Shown in pieces: positions 28,300-36,648 of a DNA stretch of 56,455 nucleotides (positions within the stretch are counted from its first letter, which is position 1; each line of letters opens with the position of its first letter). Source of the stretch: a virus (taxonomy: Duplodnaviria > Caudoviricetes). A program made the position numbers and the translations under genes. The notes beneath the pieces were generated by a model. It saw only the letters and a program-made list of their open reading frames with translations, ran no database searches and had not been told where the DNA came from. The stretch covers positions 1 to 56,455 of IMG/VR virus record IMGVR_UViG_3300030117_005233; one strand, 5' to 3'.

Positions 28300-28796
28300 T
28301 AAACAAATGGGATAAAAGATTTATTCAAATGGCCAAAGAAGTTGCTTCTTGGTCAAAAGATCCTTCACAGCAAGTAGGTTGTATTGCCGTAAAGCACAGG
28401 AGAATTATAGCTACAGGTTATAATGGGTTTCCTATCGGCATTGAAGATAAAAACCTAGAAGATAGGGAACACAAATATACATATATGGTTCACGCAGAAA
28501 AAAATATGGTGTATAATGCTTGTCGACATGGTGTATCTTTAGTTGATAGTGAAGTATATGTTTATGGATTACCTGTTTGTGGAGAATGCTGGAAAGGTCT
28601 TGTTCAAGTAGGTGTTAAAAAAGTTATAATGCCAGATGTAAATCATATAATAAATGAAAGATGGCATGAATCTTGTACTTGTGGATATTTAGGCATGAAA
28701 CAAGTTGGTATTGAAGTTGTTACATATAAAGGTAGAGATTTAGATGATAGTAATTGTGGGTCAGAACCCGTCGACTGCCAAACAGAAAAAGAATAG
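28296..28796 (+). CDS. cd: dCMP deaminase
   Basis: SKDPS, TGYNG, HAEKN, PVCGEC. Confidence 0.92.
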   Translation: MINKWDKRFIQMAKEVASWSKDPSQQVGCIAVKHRRIIATGYNGFPIGIEDKNLEDREHKYTYMVHAEKNMVYNACRHGVSLVDSEVYVYGLPVCGECWKGLVQVGVKKVIMPDVNHIINERWHESCTCGYLGMKQVGIEVVTYKGRDLDDSNCGSEPVDCQTEKE

Positions 28797-29085
28797 TACG
28801 TTTGATCGATTAGGTAAGTGGACAAAAGCCGTTGGTTTAGAATCATATGACTTTATGAATTGTAGTGACGATCCCGGCGATAAATACGAGATAGATTATG
28901 ATAGACTATCTACAACTAAAAAGTATAAAAAAGTTATCGCATTAGGTGGAGTTGCTTCGAAAGCACTTTCAAAAGTTGGTGTAGAACATTTTAAAATGCC
29001 ACATCCGTCACCGCGTAATAGACAACTAAACGATAAACAATTTGAGATTGATATGTTATTTAAAATGAAAGAATATTTATTATGA
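28744..29085 (+). CDS. Minimal uracil-DNA glycosylase superfamily protein
   Basis: VIVGQNPS (motif A), VIALG, PHPSPRN (motif B). Confidence 0.7.
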   Translation: MIVIVGQNPSTAKQKKNSTFDRLGKWTKAVGLESYDFMNCSDDPGDKYEIDYDRLSTTKKYKKVIALGGVASKALSKVGVEHFKMPHPSPRNRQLNDKQFEIDMLFKMKEYLL

Positions 29086-30050
29086 TAGTTAACCCAGTTA
29101 CAAATATACCAGTAAATCCTAAATCACACATTCATGGTTATGCACAAAAATGGTCAGGACTTTTAGATGAAAAGATAAGTCACAAATGTAATAACTTAGA
29201 TGAAGAATTATTTGTTGAACATGGTGTAAACTTTAGTGGCGCACTAAATCTTTTTGGTGGTGCTAACGAAGATTTATACAATAGATTTGAAAATGCAATG
29301 AAGGTAAAAATAATTACCTCACTTGATATTGATATGCCGGACTATGGAGCTATGATTAAAAAACGTATCGGCGCTAAAACTACTTTTGAAGGTATCACTG
29401 AAGAATGGTGTGATAAAGTATCTGAGTGGTGCGAGAGTGCAGAAAGATATGGAATGGAAGATTATGCAATAGATAATCCTGAAGTAGGAATCACAGTTGG
29501 TGATTCTCATGCTCCTTCTTTTGCTGCAAAAGGTGATGCCATATTTGTGAACAATGCTAAGACACTTCATGGTGCCGTAGTTAAATCTACTTTAGACACA
29601 TTGATGAGAGGTGTAGATGCAAAGAACAGAAAGGTCACTTTTTGTTTCGGTTCTATTGATATACGACATCATTATCTAAGAGATAATAATATACAATACA
29701 TGGAAGATACAATTAAAAAATATATTAATCAAGCTTTTCAGATAACAGATGATCCGTATTTTGCAGCACCAGTTCCTGTTGAATACGAAGGTCGTAAGAT
29801 ACCTAAAACAGGATGGAGAAAGGGAACACCTTTCTATGGTAGCTTAGCAGAAAGAAGTGGTATAACAGAAGAGTTTATTAGAGTAGTAGACGATCACTCA
29901 GGCGGAAGACTAATACATCCTCCATGGGAATGGTATGAGATGTGTCCTGAAAAATATGCAAAAACTCATATGGAACTAAACTCCAGTTTTCACATTGCTC
30001 CACTTTATTATAGAAGTGAGAACTGGGGTCAGAACGATTTTATTGGATAA
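29082..30050 (+). CDS. Protein with an SGNH/GDSL-like C-terminal domain
   Basis: VGDSH (block I), FGSIDIRHH (block III-like), SSFHI (block V-like). Confidence 0.55.
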   Translation: MIVNPVTNIPVNPKSHIHGYAQKWSGLLDEKISHKCNNLDEELFVEHGVNFSGALNLFGGANEDLYNRFENAMKVKIITSLDIDMPDYGAMIKKRIGAKTTFEGITEEWCDKVSEWCESAERYGMEDYAIDNPEVGITVGDSHAPSFAAKGDAIFVNNAKTLHGAVVKSTLDTLMRGVDAKNRKVTFCFGSIDIRHHYLRDNNIQYMEDTIKKYINQAFQITDDPYFAAPVPVEYEGRKIPKTGWRKGTPFYGSLAERSGITEEFIRVVDDHSGGRLIHPPWEWYEMCPEKYAKTHMELNSSFHIAPLYYRSENWGQNDFIG

Positions 30051-30943
30051 TGGCTCATGATAATCACATAGTCGATGGAGTTAACTTAGATGTTGGTCCA
30101 CTATATTCTCTTGAAGATGCAAAGAAAGAATACTTAGAACTTGCATCTGATTGGGAAGATCCTTACGGTCCGCCTGTCGTAAAAGAACATAATGGTGTAA
30201 GAGTTGTAAGAGATGATTTACTTACAGGTTCTAAAGTTCGTGGCGGTGATTGTTTAATATCTTCATTACCAGAACATATTGATACGATTGTTTATGTTCA
30301 ACCAAGAACCGGATTAGCAGGTGTTTCTATATTAGATGTTGCAAAGCATCACGGCAAAAAAGTAAAACTATTCATGCCATCAAGTAAACAAATATCTTAT
30401 CATCAAGCTTGTTGTATTGAACGTGGTTGTGATTATGAGTTTCATCGTATTGCTGCAATGCCTAATTTAAATAGACTTGCAAAGTTATGGGCGATGGAAC
30501 ATGAAAACTCTTTCTTTGTTCCGTTAGGATTAAAACATCCAAGAGTTACAGCTGGTATTGTAAAGACAGCTTCATCTATTCCAGAACCTGATGAAGTTTA
30601 TTGTGCAACATCAACAGGTGTACTTACGCGCGCTTTACAAATAGCTTGGCCAAATGCTAAGTTTACTTCTGTTTGTGTATCTAGAAACATGAAAGCTGGT
30701 GAGTTAGGTAGAGCAGAACCAATATCAGAAGCATTAGCATTTACTTCAGCTGAGAAAGAAAGTAACTTACCACCTTTTCCAACAATAGATACTTATGATG
30801 GTAAAGCATGGAAGTATGTACCAAAGGAATCAGATAAAGATATTTTATTCTGGAACGTAGGCGCAGAACCTGTTTTAAAAGACGATACACTTTATACAAA
30901 GATAAACAGTTACAGAGATTGGGCAAAGAATGCAGACGACTAA
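30050..30943 (+). CDS. PLP-dependent enzyme, fold type II (ACC deaminase/D-Cys desulfhydrase-like)
   Basis: VRDDLLTGSKVR (Schiff-base Lys), ATSTGVL, YDGKAW, LFWNVG. Confidence 0.82.
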   Translation: MAHDNHIVDGVNLDVGPLYSLEDAKKEYLELASDWEDPYGPPVVKEHNGVRVVRDDLLTGSKVRGGDCLISSLPEHIDTIVYVQPRTGLAGVSILDVAKHHGKKVKLFMPSSKQISYHQACCIERGCDYEFHRIAAMPNLNRLAKLWAMEHENSFFVPLGLKHPRVTAGIVKTASSIPEPDEVYCATSTGVLTRALQIAWPNAKFTSVCVSRNMKAGELGRAEPISEALAFTSAEKESNLPPFPTIDTYDGKAWKYVPKESDKDILFWNVGAEPVLKDDTLYTKINSYRDWAKNADD

Positions 30944-32120
30944 GTACTACGAAGAGTTTAAAAGATACTATGCATTAGCAGAAGATCAGCAAGGTAAAAC
31001 AAATCTAGGTTGGCAAGATTATGATGGATCGACCGAAGATGATTTGATGAATAACGTACAACTATATGATGTAGTTGAAAGAAAGCTTGCTGGTTTCTCA
31101 CAGATTATGAATGATGCATTCTATGGAAAATCAAAAGAACATCCTTACTACGATAAGATTCAGGCTGGTCATAGTACTAAACAACGTACATACATGCTTG
31201 ATAAGTGGGAAGGTAGACAAAGTGTTTATGGATTAAGAGAATGGTTATATGTTTTTCTAATTCATCGTGTTACTGGTTCTGCAATCAATTACGGCACAAT
31301 ACCTTCTGGTTATCACAACACAATTTTATTTGATCTATATCAATGTGATACCGTAAAAGAAATGACGCAGCTTGTACCACATTATCGTAAAACATTTTAT
31401 ACTTCTATTGGTTATCAGTTTCCAAGATTTCCTAAACCACCTACAGGATTTCATAGAAACAATTACAATGCTGATCTTGTAGAATATAAAAGAGGAGGAG
31501 ATTATTATCTGGCGGAGTTTGCACCAAGACTTGTAGATGATATGGCCACATGGTTAGAGTCAGGAAAGAAACGTGACTTTAGAGAAATGGGTAACTGGAT
31601 GTTTGACTGGAACACGAAGAATGGTTTAGTTAAATATAAGTTTCAATACGCGGCATATCTTGCAGACATTGCAGATTGGTTACCACAATTTGTAAATAGA
31701 GAATCACTTTTTTACTATGGAACAAACGCAGTTGAATGTATATCATATATGACCGAAGGTAAAAAGAAAGACGAGAAGACATTAGATAATGTTATGAAAA
31801 TGATATACGAAGATCTTGGTTCTTTACCTTATAATGCAGAGGACGTTTGTTGCGACTTTATCAGATGGGTAGAAAATTATATTAGACCCGGCGCGCACTA
31901 TAATAATCTTGATCGTGATAAAATATGGTCATCATCAAAGATACTCGATCATCCGTGCGGTAGACAAAAAGCAATGTTAGACTTAGGATTAGTAGAGTCG
32001 TTTAATACACTTAACTATCATCCGTCTGACTTAAAAGTTATTGAGTCTAATAATCTAACCGTTGATAAATATAAAAATATGGTAAATAATGTTTTACTTG
32101 TTGAACAAAATATGGTATAA
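30930..32120 (+). CDS. aGPT-Pplase-like amino-acid:DNA transferase (HhH glycosylase-like fold)
   Basis: YDVVERK.AGFS, FQYAAYLADI, YYGTNA, AEDVCCDFIRW (cf. E..LCE..K motif); adjacent to the PLP gene. Confidence 0.62.
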   Translation: MQTTKYYEEFKRYYALAEDQQGKTNLGWQDYDGSTEDDLMNNVQLYDVVERKLAGFSQIMNDAFYGKSKEHPYYDKIQAGHSTKQRTYMLDKWEGRQSVYGLREWLYVFLIHRVTGSAINYGTIPSGYHNTILFDLYQCDTVKEMTQLVPHYRKTFYTSIGYQFPRFPKPPTGFHRNNYNADLVEYKRGGDYYLAEFAPRLVDDMATWLESGKKRDFREMGNWMFDWNTKNGLVKYKFQYAAYLADIADWLPQFVNRESLFYYGTNAVECISYMTEGKKKDEKTLDNVMKMIYEDLGSLPYNAEDVCCDFIRWVENYIRPGAHYNNLDRDKIWSSSKILDHPCGRQKAMLDLGLVESFNTLNYHPSDLKVIESNNLTVDKYKNMVNNVLLVEQNMV

Positions 32121-32121
32121 T
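32093..32121 (+). promoter_or_regulatory. Early promoter for uvsX
   Basis: TTTACT-N17-TATAAT. Confidence 0.7.
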
Positions 32122-32146
32122 ATACAAGTAATTAAAAAGGATAGTT

Positions 32147-33199
32147 ATGTCTCTATTAGATAAATTAAAGAAAAACTCAAAGATAGAAGGTGCTGATGTA
32201 TTAAGCGACAGCAATCTCTATTCAACAAAAGATGTTTGTCAGACATCTGTTCCAATGATAAACGTAGCTTTATCTGGTTCTATTGACGGCGGTCTTACTT
32301 CTGGTTTGACTGTATTAGCAGGTCCATCTAAACACTTCAAGACTTCTTTTGGTTTGTTAATGGCTGCTGCGTATCTTAAAAAACATGAAGATGCAGTATT
32401 ATTATTTTACGATTCAGAGTTTGGTTCTCCTCAAGCTTACTTCGAAGCTTTTGGTATCGACACTGATCGTGTACTTCATACACCAGTTCCTAACGTAGAA
32501 CAACTAAAGTTTGACTTAGTTGGTCAACTAGAACAAATTGAACGCGGTGATAAAGTAGTAATCATGATTGATTCAGTTGGTAACTTAGCTTCTAAAAAAG
32601 AATTGGAAGATGCATTAAATGAAAAGTCTGTGGCTGATATGTCACGAGCTAAAGCACTAAAAGGTTTATTTAGAATGGTAACTCCATATCTTACAATGAA
32701 AAATGTTCCACTACTTGCGGTCAACCATACTTATCAAGAGATTGGTTTGTTTCCAAAAGCTGTGGTATCTGGTGGTACAGGTATTATGTACTCAGCAGAT
32801 AACGTATGGATTATCGGTCGTCAACAAGAAAAAGACGGCACACAAGTTAAAGGATATAACTTTGTAATCAATGTTGAGAAATCAAGGTTTGTAAAAGAAA
32901 AGTCTAAGATTCCTATCTCAGTTACATGGGAAGGTGGTATTGAAAAATGGTCTGGTCTTACAGATGTGGGTCTTGAACTTGGCTATGTAAGAAAACCAAA
33001 AGTTGGTTGGTATCAAGCAGTCAATCCTGCTACAGGTGAAGAACTAACTGGTAATAAGAGAATGAAAGATACATTAACATCTGAGTTTTGGACTGATGTA
33101 TTTGCAAAGACTGATTTTGCAAAAGCAATAAAAGACCACTACTCTGTTGGACATGTTGCAATGATTACAGGTGATAATAATGAAACTGAAGATAACTAA
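32147..33199 (+). CDS. uvsX: RecA-like recombinase
   Basis: AGPSKHFKT, YDSEFG, IDSVGNLAS, VVSGGTG. Confidence 0.96.
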   Translation: MSLLDKLKKNSKIEGADVLSDSNLYSTKDVCQTSVPMINVALSGSIDGGLTSGLTVLAGPSKHFKTSFGLLMAAAYLKKHEDAVLLFYDSEFGSPQAYFEAFGIDTDRVLHTPVPNVEQLKFDLVGQLEQIERGDKVVIMIDSVGNLASKKELEDALNEKSVADMSRAKALKGLFRMVTPYLTMKNVPLLAVNHTYQEIGLFPKAVVSGGTGIMYSADNVWIIGRQQEKDGTQVKGYNFVINVEKSRFVKEKSKIPISVTWEGGIEKWSGLTDVGLELGYVRKPKVGWYQAVNPATGEELTGNKRMKDTLTSEFWTDVFAKTDFAKAIKDHYSVGHVAMITGDNNETEDN

Positions 33200-33635
33200 A
33201 GAAGTATTTGAATTTGTAGAAATACCTGCATCAGCCGCTGAAGTTTATTCTATTAGAATTAAAAAAGGTAGATACAAAAATGTAATCTACAAATATGGTC
33301 CTGTAAAGTTTACAGAAGACAAAGAAAATGGACAATTAGGTTTTAACTTTGACTTTGGTGTAGATGTCGGTTCAAATAGATATTCTAAAAAAGATCTAGT
33401 AAACAGCGAGAAATTTAAAAAGTTTATTGCTGATATATTAATATTTATTATGGAAGAAGATTTAGCATCTCAGTTAGAAGATAAATGGAAAGATCACTAT
33501 GGTAAAGATTATCCATTTCCAGTAGTAACTCCAGGTAAAGATGCAGTAGATACATCAGATGATGATAACTTTGAAAGATGGTCAATAAGAGAAGATGACG
33601 AACATACAACGACTGATACTAAAGAAGATATGTAA
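33180..33635 (+). CDS. Probable gp40-like head assembly chaperone
   Basis: Position between uvsX and gp41; IRIKKGRYKNVIYKYG. Confidence 0.5.
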   Translation: MKLKITKEVFEFVEIPASAAEVYSIRIKKGRYKNVIYKYGPVKFTEDKENGQLGFNFDFGVDVGSNRYSKKDLVNSEKFKKFIADILIFIMEEDLASQLEDKWKDHYGKDYPFPVVTPGKDAVDTSDDDNFERWSIREDDEHTTTDTKEDM

Positions 33636-34962
33636 TGATGAACAATTTGCTCGTAAAGCATTACCTTTTATCAAACCTGATTATTTTGAAGGCACCGATA
33701 GAATAGCTTACGATCTTGTTCTTGATTTTATTACAAAGTTTAATTCGCTTCCTTCTAAAAGTTCGCTTCAAGTAGAGTTTGTAAACTCTGCGAAAAATGT
33801 AGCAGCTAATCAAGAAGTAGTAAGTGTAATCAATGACATCATTGTCGACGAAAAAGTTGACGATCGATGGCTATTAGAAAATACTGAAAAGTGGTGTAAA
33901 GACAGAGCCATCTTTCTCGGTATCATGAAATCTATTAGTATTATTGATGGTAAACAAAAAGAATTAGACAAAGGTGCAATACCAGATATTCTTACAAAAG
34001 CTTTATCTGTTTCTTTCGATCGTAATGTAGGTCACGACTATATCGAAGATTCCACTAATCGTTTTGACTTCTATCATCGTGTAGAAGATAAAATGCCTTT
34101 TGATATTAGTTTGTTTAACACTGTTACTAATGGTGGTATTAGTAAAAAAACTCTTAACATTATTCTTGCTGGAACTGGAGTTGGTAAATCATTAGCAATG
34201 TGTCATTTTGCAGCTGCTGCCTTAGAACAAGGTAGAAATGTTTTATATATTACTTTAGAAATGGCCGAAGAAAAAATCGCTGAACGTATCGATGCTAACC
34301 TTATGGATACAGACATTACAAACTTAAATACATTATCTAAAACACAATTTGATAATAAAATTCAAAATATTAAAAATAAAACGCAAGGTAGACTTGTTGT
34401 AAAAGAATATCCAACTGCATCTGCACATAGTGGTCATTTTCGTGCATTACTTAATGAACTAGAACTTAAAAAAGATTTCAAACCAGATGTCGTGTATATT
34501 GATTACCTAAATATATGTGCGTCTTCTCGTATCAAAGGTTTAGGTGGTTCAGTAAATACTTATCACATGGTAAAAGCAATTGCTGAAGAAGTTCGTGGTC
34601 TTGCAATTGAGTTTAATGTTCCTATTTGGTCTGCAACTCAAGTTACTCGTGGTGGATTTAATTCTTCTGATGTAGAACTAACTGATACTTCAGAGTCGTT
34701 TGGTTTGCCTGCAACTGCTGACTTAATGTTAGCTATGATTTCAACGGAACAACTTGAAGGTATGAATCAGGTAATGTTTAAACAATTAAAGAATCGTTAC
34801 AACGATCCAACTAAGAATAAAAGATTTGTAGTCGGTATTGATCGTCCTAAAATGAGACTATACGAACTCGATGATAGTGCTCAAGATGATATAATACCAG
34901 ACGTACATGAATACACAATAGGTGAATCTACTAAACAAGATTTTAGTTCATTTACTGTATAA
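33595..34962 (+). CDS. gp41: Replicative helicase
   Basis: AGTGVGKS, ITLEMAEE, KEYPT, IDYLNI, SESFGLP, QLKNRY. Confidence 0.97.
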   Translation: MTNIQRLILKKICNDEQFARKALPFIKPDYFEGTDRIAYDLVLDFITKFNSLPSKSSLQVEFVNSAKNVAANQEVVSVINDIIVDEKVDDRWLLENTEKWCKDRAIFLGIMKSISIIDGKQKELDKGAIPDILTKALSVSFDRNVGHDYIEDSTNRFDFYHRVEDKMPFDISLFNTVTNGGISKKTLNIILAGTGVGKSLAMCHFAAAALEQGRNVLYITLEMAEEKIAERIDANLMDTDITNLNTLSKTQFDNKIQNIKNKTQGRLVVKEYPTASAHSGHFRALLNELELKKDFKPDVVYIDYLNICASSRIKGLGGSVNTYHMVKAIAEEVRGLAIEFNVPIWSATQVTRGGFNSSDVELTDTSESFGLPATADLMLAMISTEQLEGMNQVMFKQLKNRYNDPTKNKRFVVGIDRPKMRLYELDDSAQDDIIPDVHEYTIGESTKQDFSSFTV

Positions 34963-34971
34963 GGAGAAATA

Positions 34972-35229
34972 ATGTTTATAGAATGTTATAGAATCCCAAT
35001 AAATGATTGGGGAAATGTTGATGCAAAAATTAGAGTGCCAGAGAATAAAATTCTTATTCCTCTGAATAGAATTGATTATGTGCAATCAGCTCCTCAAATG
35101 CCAAATAGAGCAGAGATTCTTTTATCAACTGATAAGAGAGTTCATGTACTTGGAAGTTATGAAGATATTCTTGCTCGAATAGAAAACTTGGGAGAAACAA
35201 CACATATAATGAATAGATTAGAAGATTAG
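34972..35229 (+). CDS. Hypothetical protein
   Basis: AAGGAG SD; 85 aa. Confidence 0.55.
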   Translation: MFIECYRIPINDWGNVDAKIRVPENKILIPLNRIDYVQSAPQMPNRAEILLSTDKRVHVLGSYEDILARIENLGETTHIMNRLED

Positions 35230-35238
35230 GAGTATATT

Positions 35239-35424
35239 ATGAATTATGATAAAGTATTCTTTTGGGCATCTTTAGTATCTATCGTAATTTCTATTGCGAT
35301 TTGGTGTGAAGTATGGCCTGGAGTAGAGCCAGGTTTATCAAAGATAACAGGTATCTTTGTTGGCTTATGGGCACCGACCCTAATGGTTTTATCTAATAGG
35401 TGTAAAGCTAACTGTAATGGTTAG
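35239..35424 (+). CDS. Small 2-TM membrane protein
   Basis: AGGAG SD; GIFVGLWAPTL. Confidence 0.6.
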   Translation: MNYDKVFFWASLVSIVISIAIWCEVWPGVEPGLSKITGIFVGLWAPTLMVLSNRCKANCNG

Positions 35425-35427
35425 ATT

Positions 35428-35515
35428 ACGCTAGTTCCGAGGCGGTCGCGTGTCAAGTTACACGGTTCGTGAGGAACGCTACCCGCGGTAGGGGTCCGCG
35501 TGACAAACCCCTATT
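35428..35515. ncRNA. Candidate small structured RNA
   Basis: GC-rich intergenic island with several, partly mutually exclusive stems. Confidence 0.45.
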
Positions 35516-36064
35516 AATTTATGAAAAAAATATGGAACTGGTTAGAAGAACATGCTATTACATTTTGTATTAGCTTAATAGTTGTATTAATAATATGGAT
35601 AGAGTGTTTTGTTAAGATGTAATCACAATATAGAATGGAATAATGTATCAGATATAGTAGACTTTTATGGTACATGGTTAAAAAAAGATATAGATTTAAT
35701 AAAAGAAAAAGTAAATGAAGTAGATAGTTTATCAGAACAAATGAAAATATTTGATAAATATTTTAAACCTGTCGTCTATCTAAAATATGGAAACCCTAAA
35801 TGGTCAATGTACGGATATGACAAACACTAATAAAAAGAAAGTAGTCTTTCATGGAATGAAAGGTGAACAAATTGAAGTTGATTTAAGTGAACACGACGCA
35901 GTAAAACATCACAATCACACTATAAATATAGAATCCGGTGCGTGGAATCAAAGAAACTTTTCTAATGATCCAACAAAAGTTTATAATGGCATGGAAATTA
36001 AACAAGATCATGGAGAACCTTTATTCCCTTGGTTACATGATATATTTAAAAAAAGGAAAAAGAA

Positions 36065-36298
36065 ATGAAAGATAATACATTTAAATGGGTGTCAAAGTTT
36101 TTTATTACATTAGGTGTAATATATTGGGTATGTTTAGTTACGGCAGCTTTAACAGGCTGTAAAACAACTAAAGATTGTTCAAGTTGTAGCAATTGTGATA
36201 CTTGTTATATTAATCCACTTGAAACTACTATATCTTTAGACCCAATGGATAGAAGCCAATGGCATGAAAGAGAAGAATTTTTAAGACACTTCGAATAA
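36065..36298 (+). CDS. Putative small Cys-rich lipoprotein
   Basis: Hydrophobic N-terminus, lipobox LTGC, then CSSCSNCDTC. Confidence 0.5.
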   Translation: MKDNTFKWVSKFFITLGVIYWVCLVTAALTGCKTTKDCSSCSNCDTCYINPLETTISLDPMDRSQWHEREEFLRHFE

Positions 36299-36640
36299 TT
36301 ATCCACCAGCTAAAACATTTGGTGAACCTTCTGCAACAGAAGTATTAGGTCCTGCACTTGTTCTTATTTTATCTCCGATTCTACCGATACCTTTACCATT
36401 AACAAAAACTGTTCTAGATCCTACAGCTATTTCATCCCCGGGATGAAAAGTGCAGTTAGGGTGCAATGGGGTTCCAGCTGGAGTATACAGATGTGGCAAA
36501 CCTAAATGCGGTGTATTAGTATGACCTTGACAAGATACTTTTATACCGTTAACAAAGACATTATTTGAACCTTGCCTTCTACGTGGAATTTCTTTACATT
36601 CCATCATTTCTTTATCTCCAACTCTACATACTCCTGGCAT
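36299..36640 (-). CDS. PAAR spike-tip protein (gp5.4-like)
   Basis: MPGVCRVGD, GSNNVFVNG, GSRTVFVNG.GIGRIGD, GSPNVLAG; late promoter TATAAATA on the minus strand at 36646-36653. Confidence 0.9.
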   Translation of the reverse strand: MPGVCRVGDKEMMECKEIPRRRQGSNNVFVNGIKVSCQGHTNTPHLGLPHLYTPAGTPLHPNCTFHPGDEIAVGSRTVFVNGKGIGRIGDKIRTSAGPNTSVAEGSPNVLAGG

Positions 36641-36648
36641 AACTATAT

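Noticed and set aside
11153-34962. Introns, inteins or homing endonucleases in gp43, uvsX, gp41 or gp42
   Set aside because: Genes are continuous and of normal length, with no splicing or endonuclease motifs
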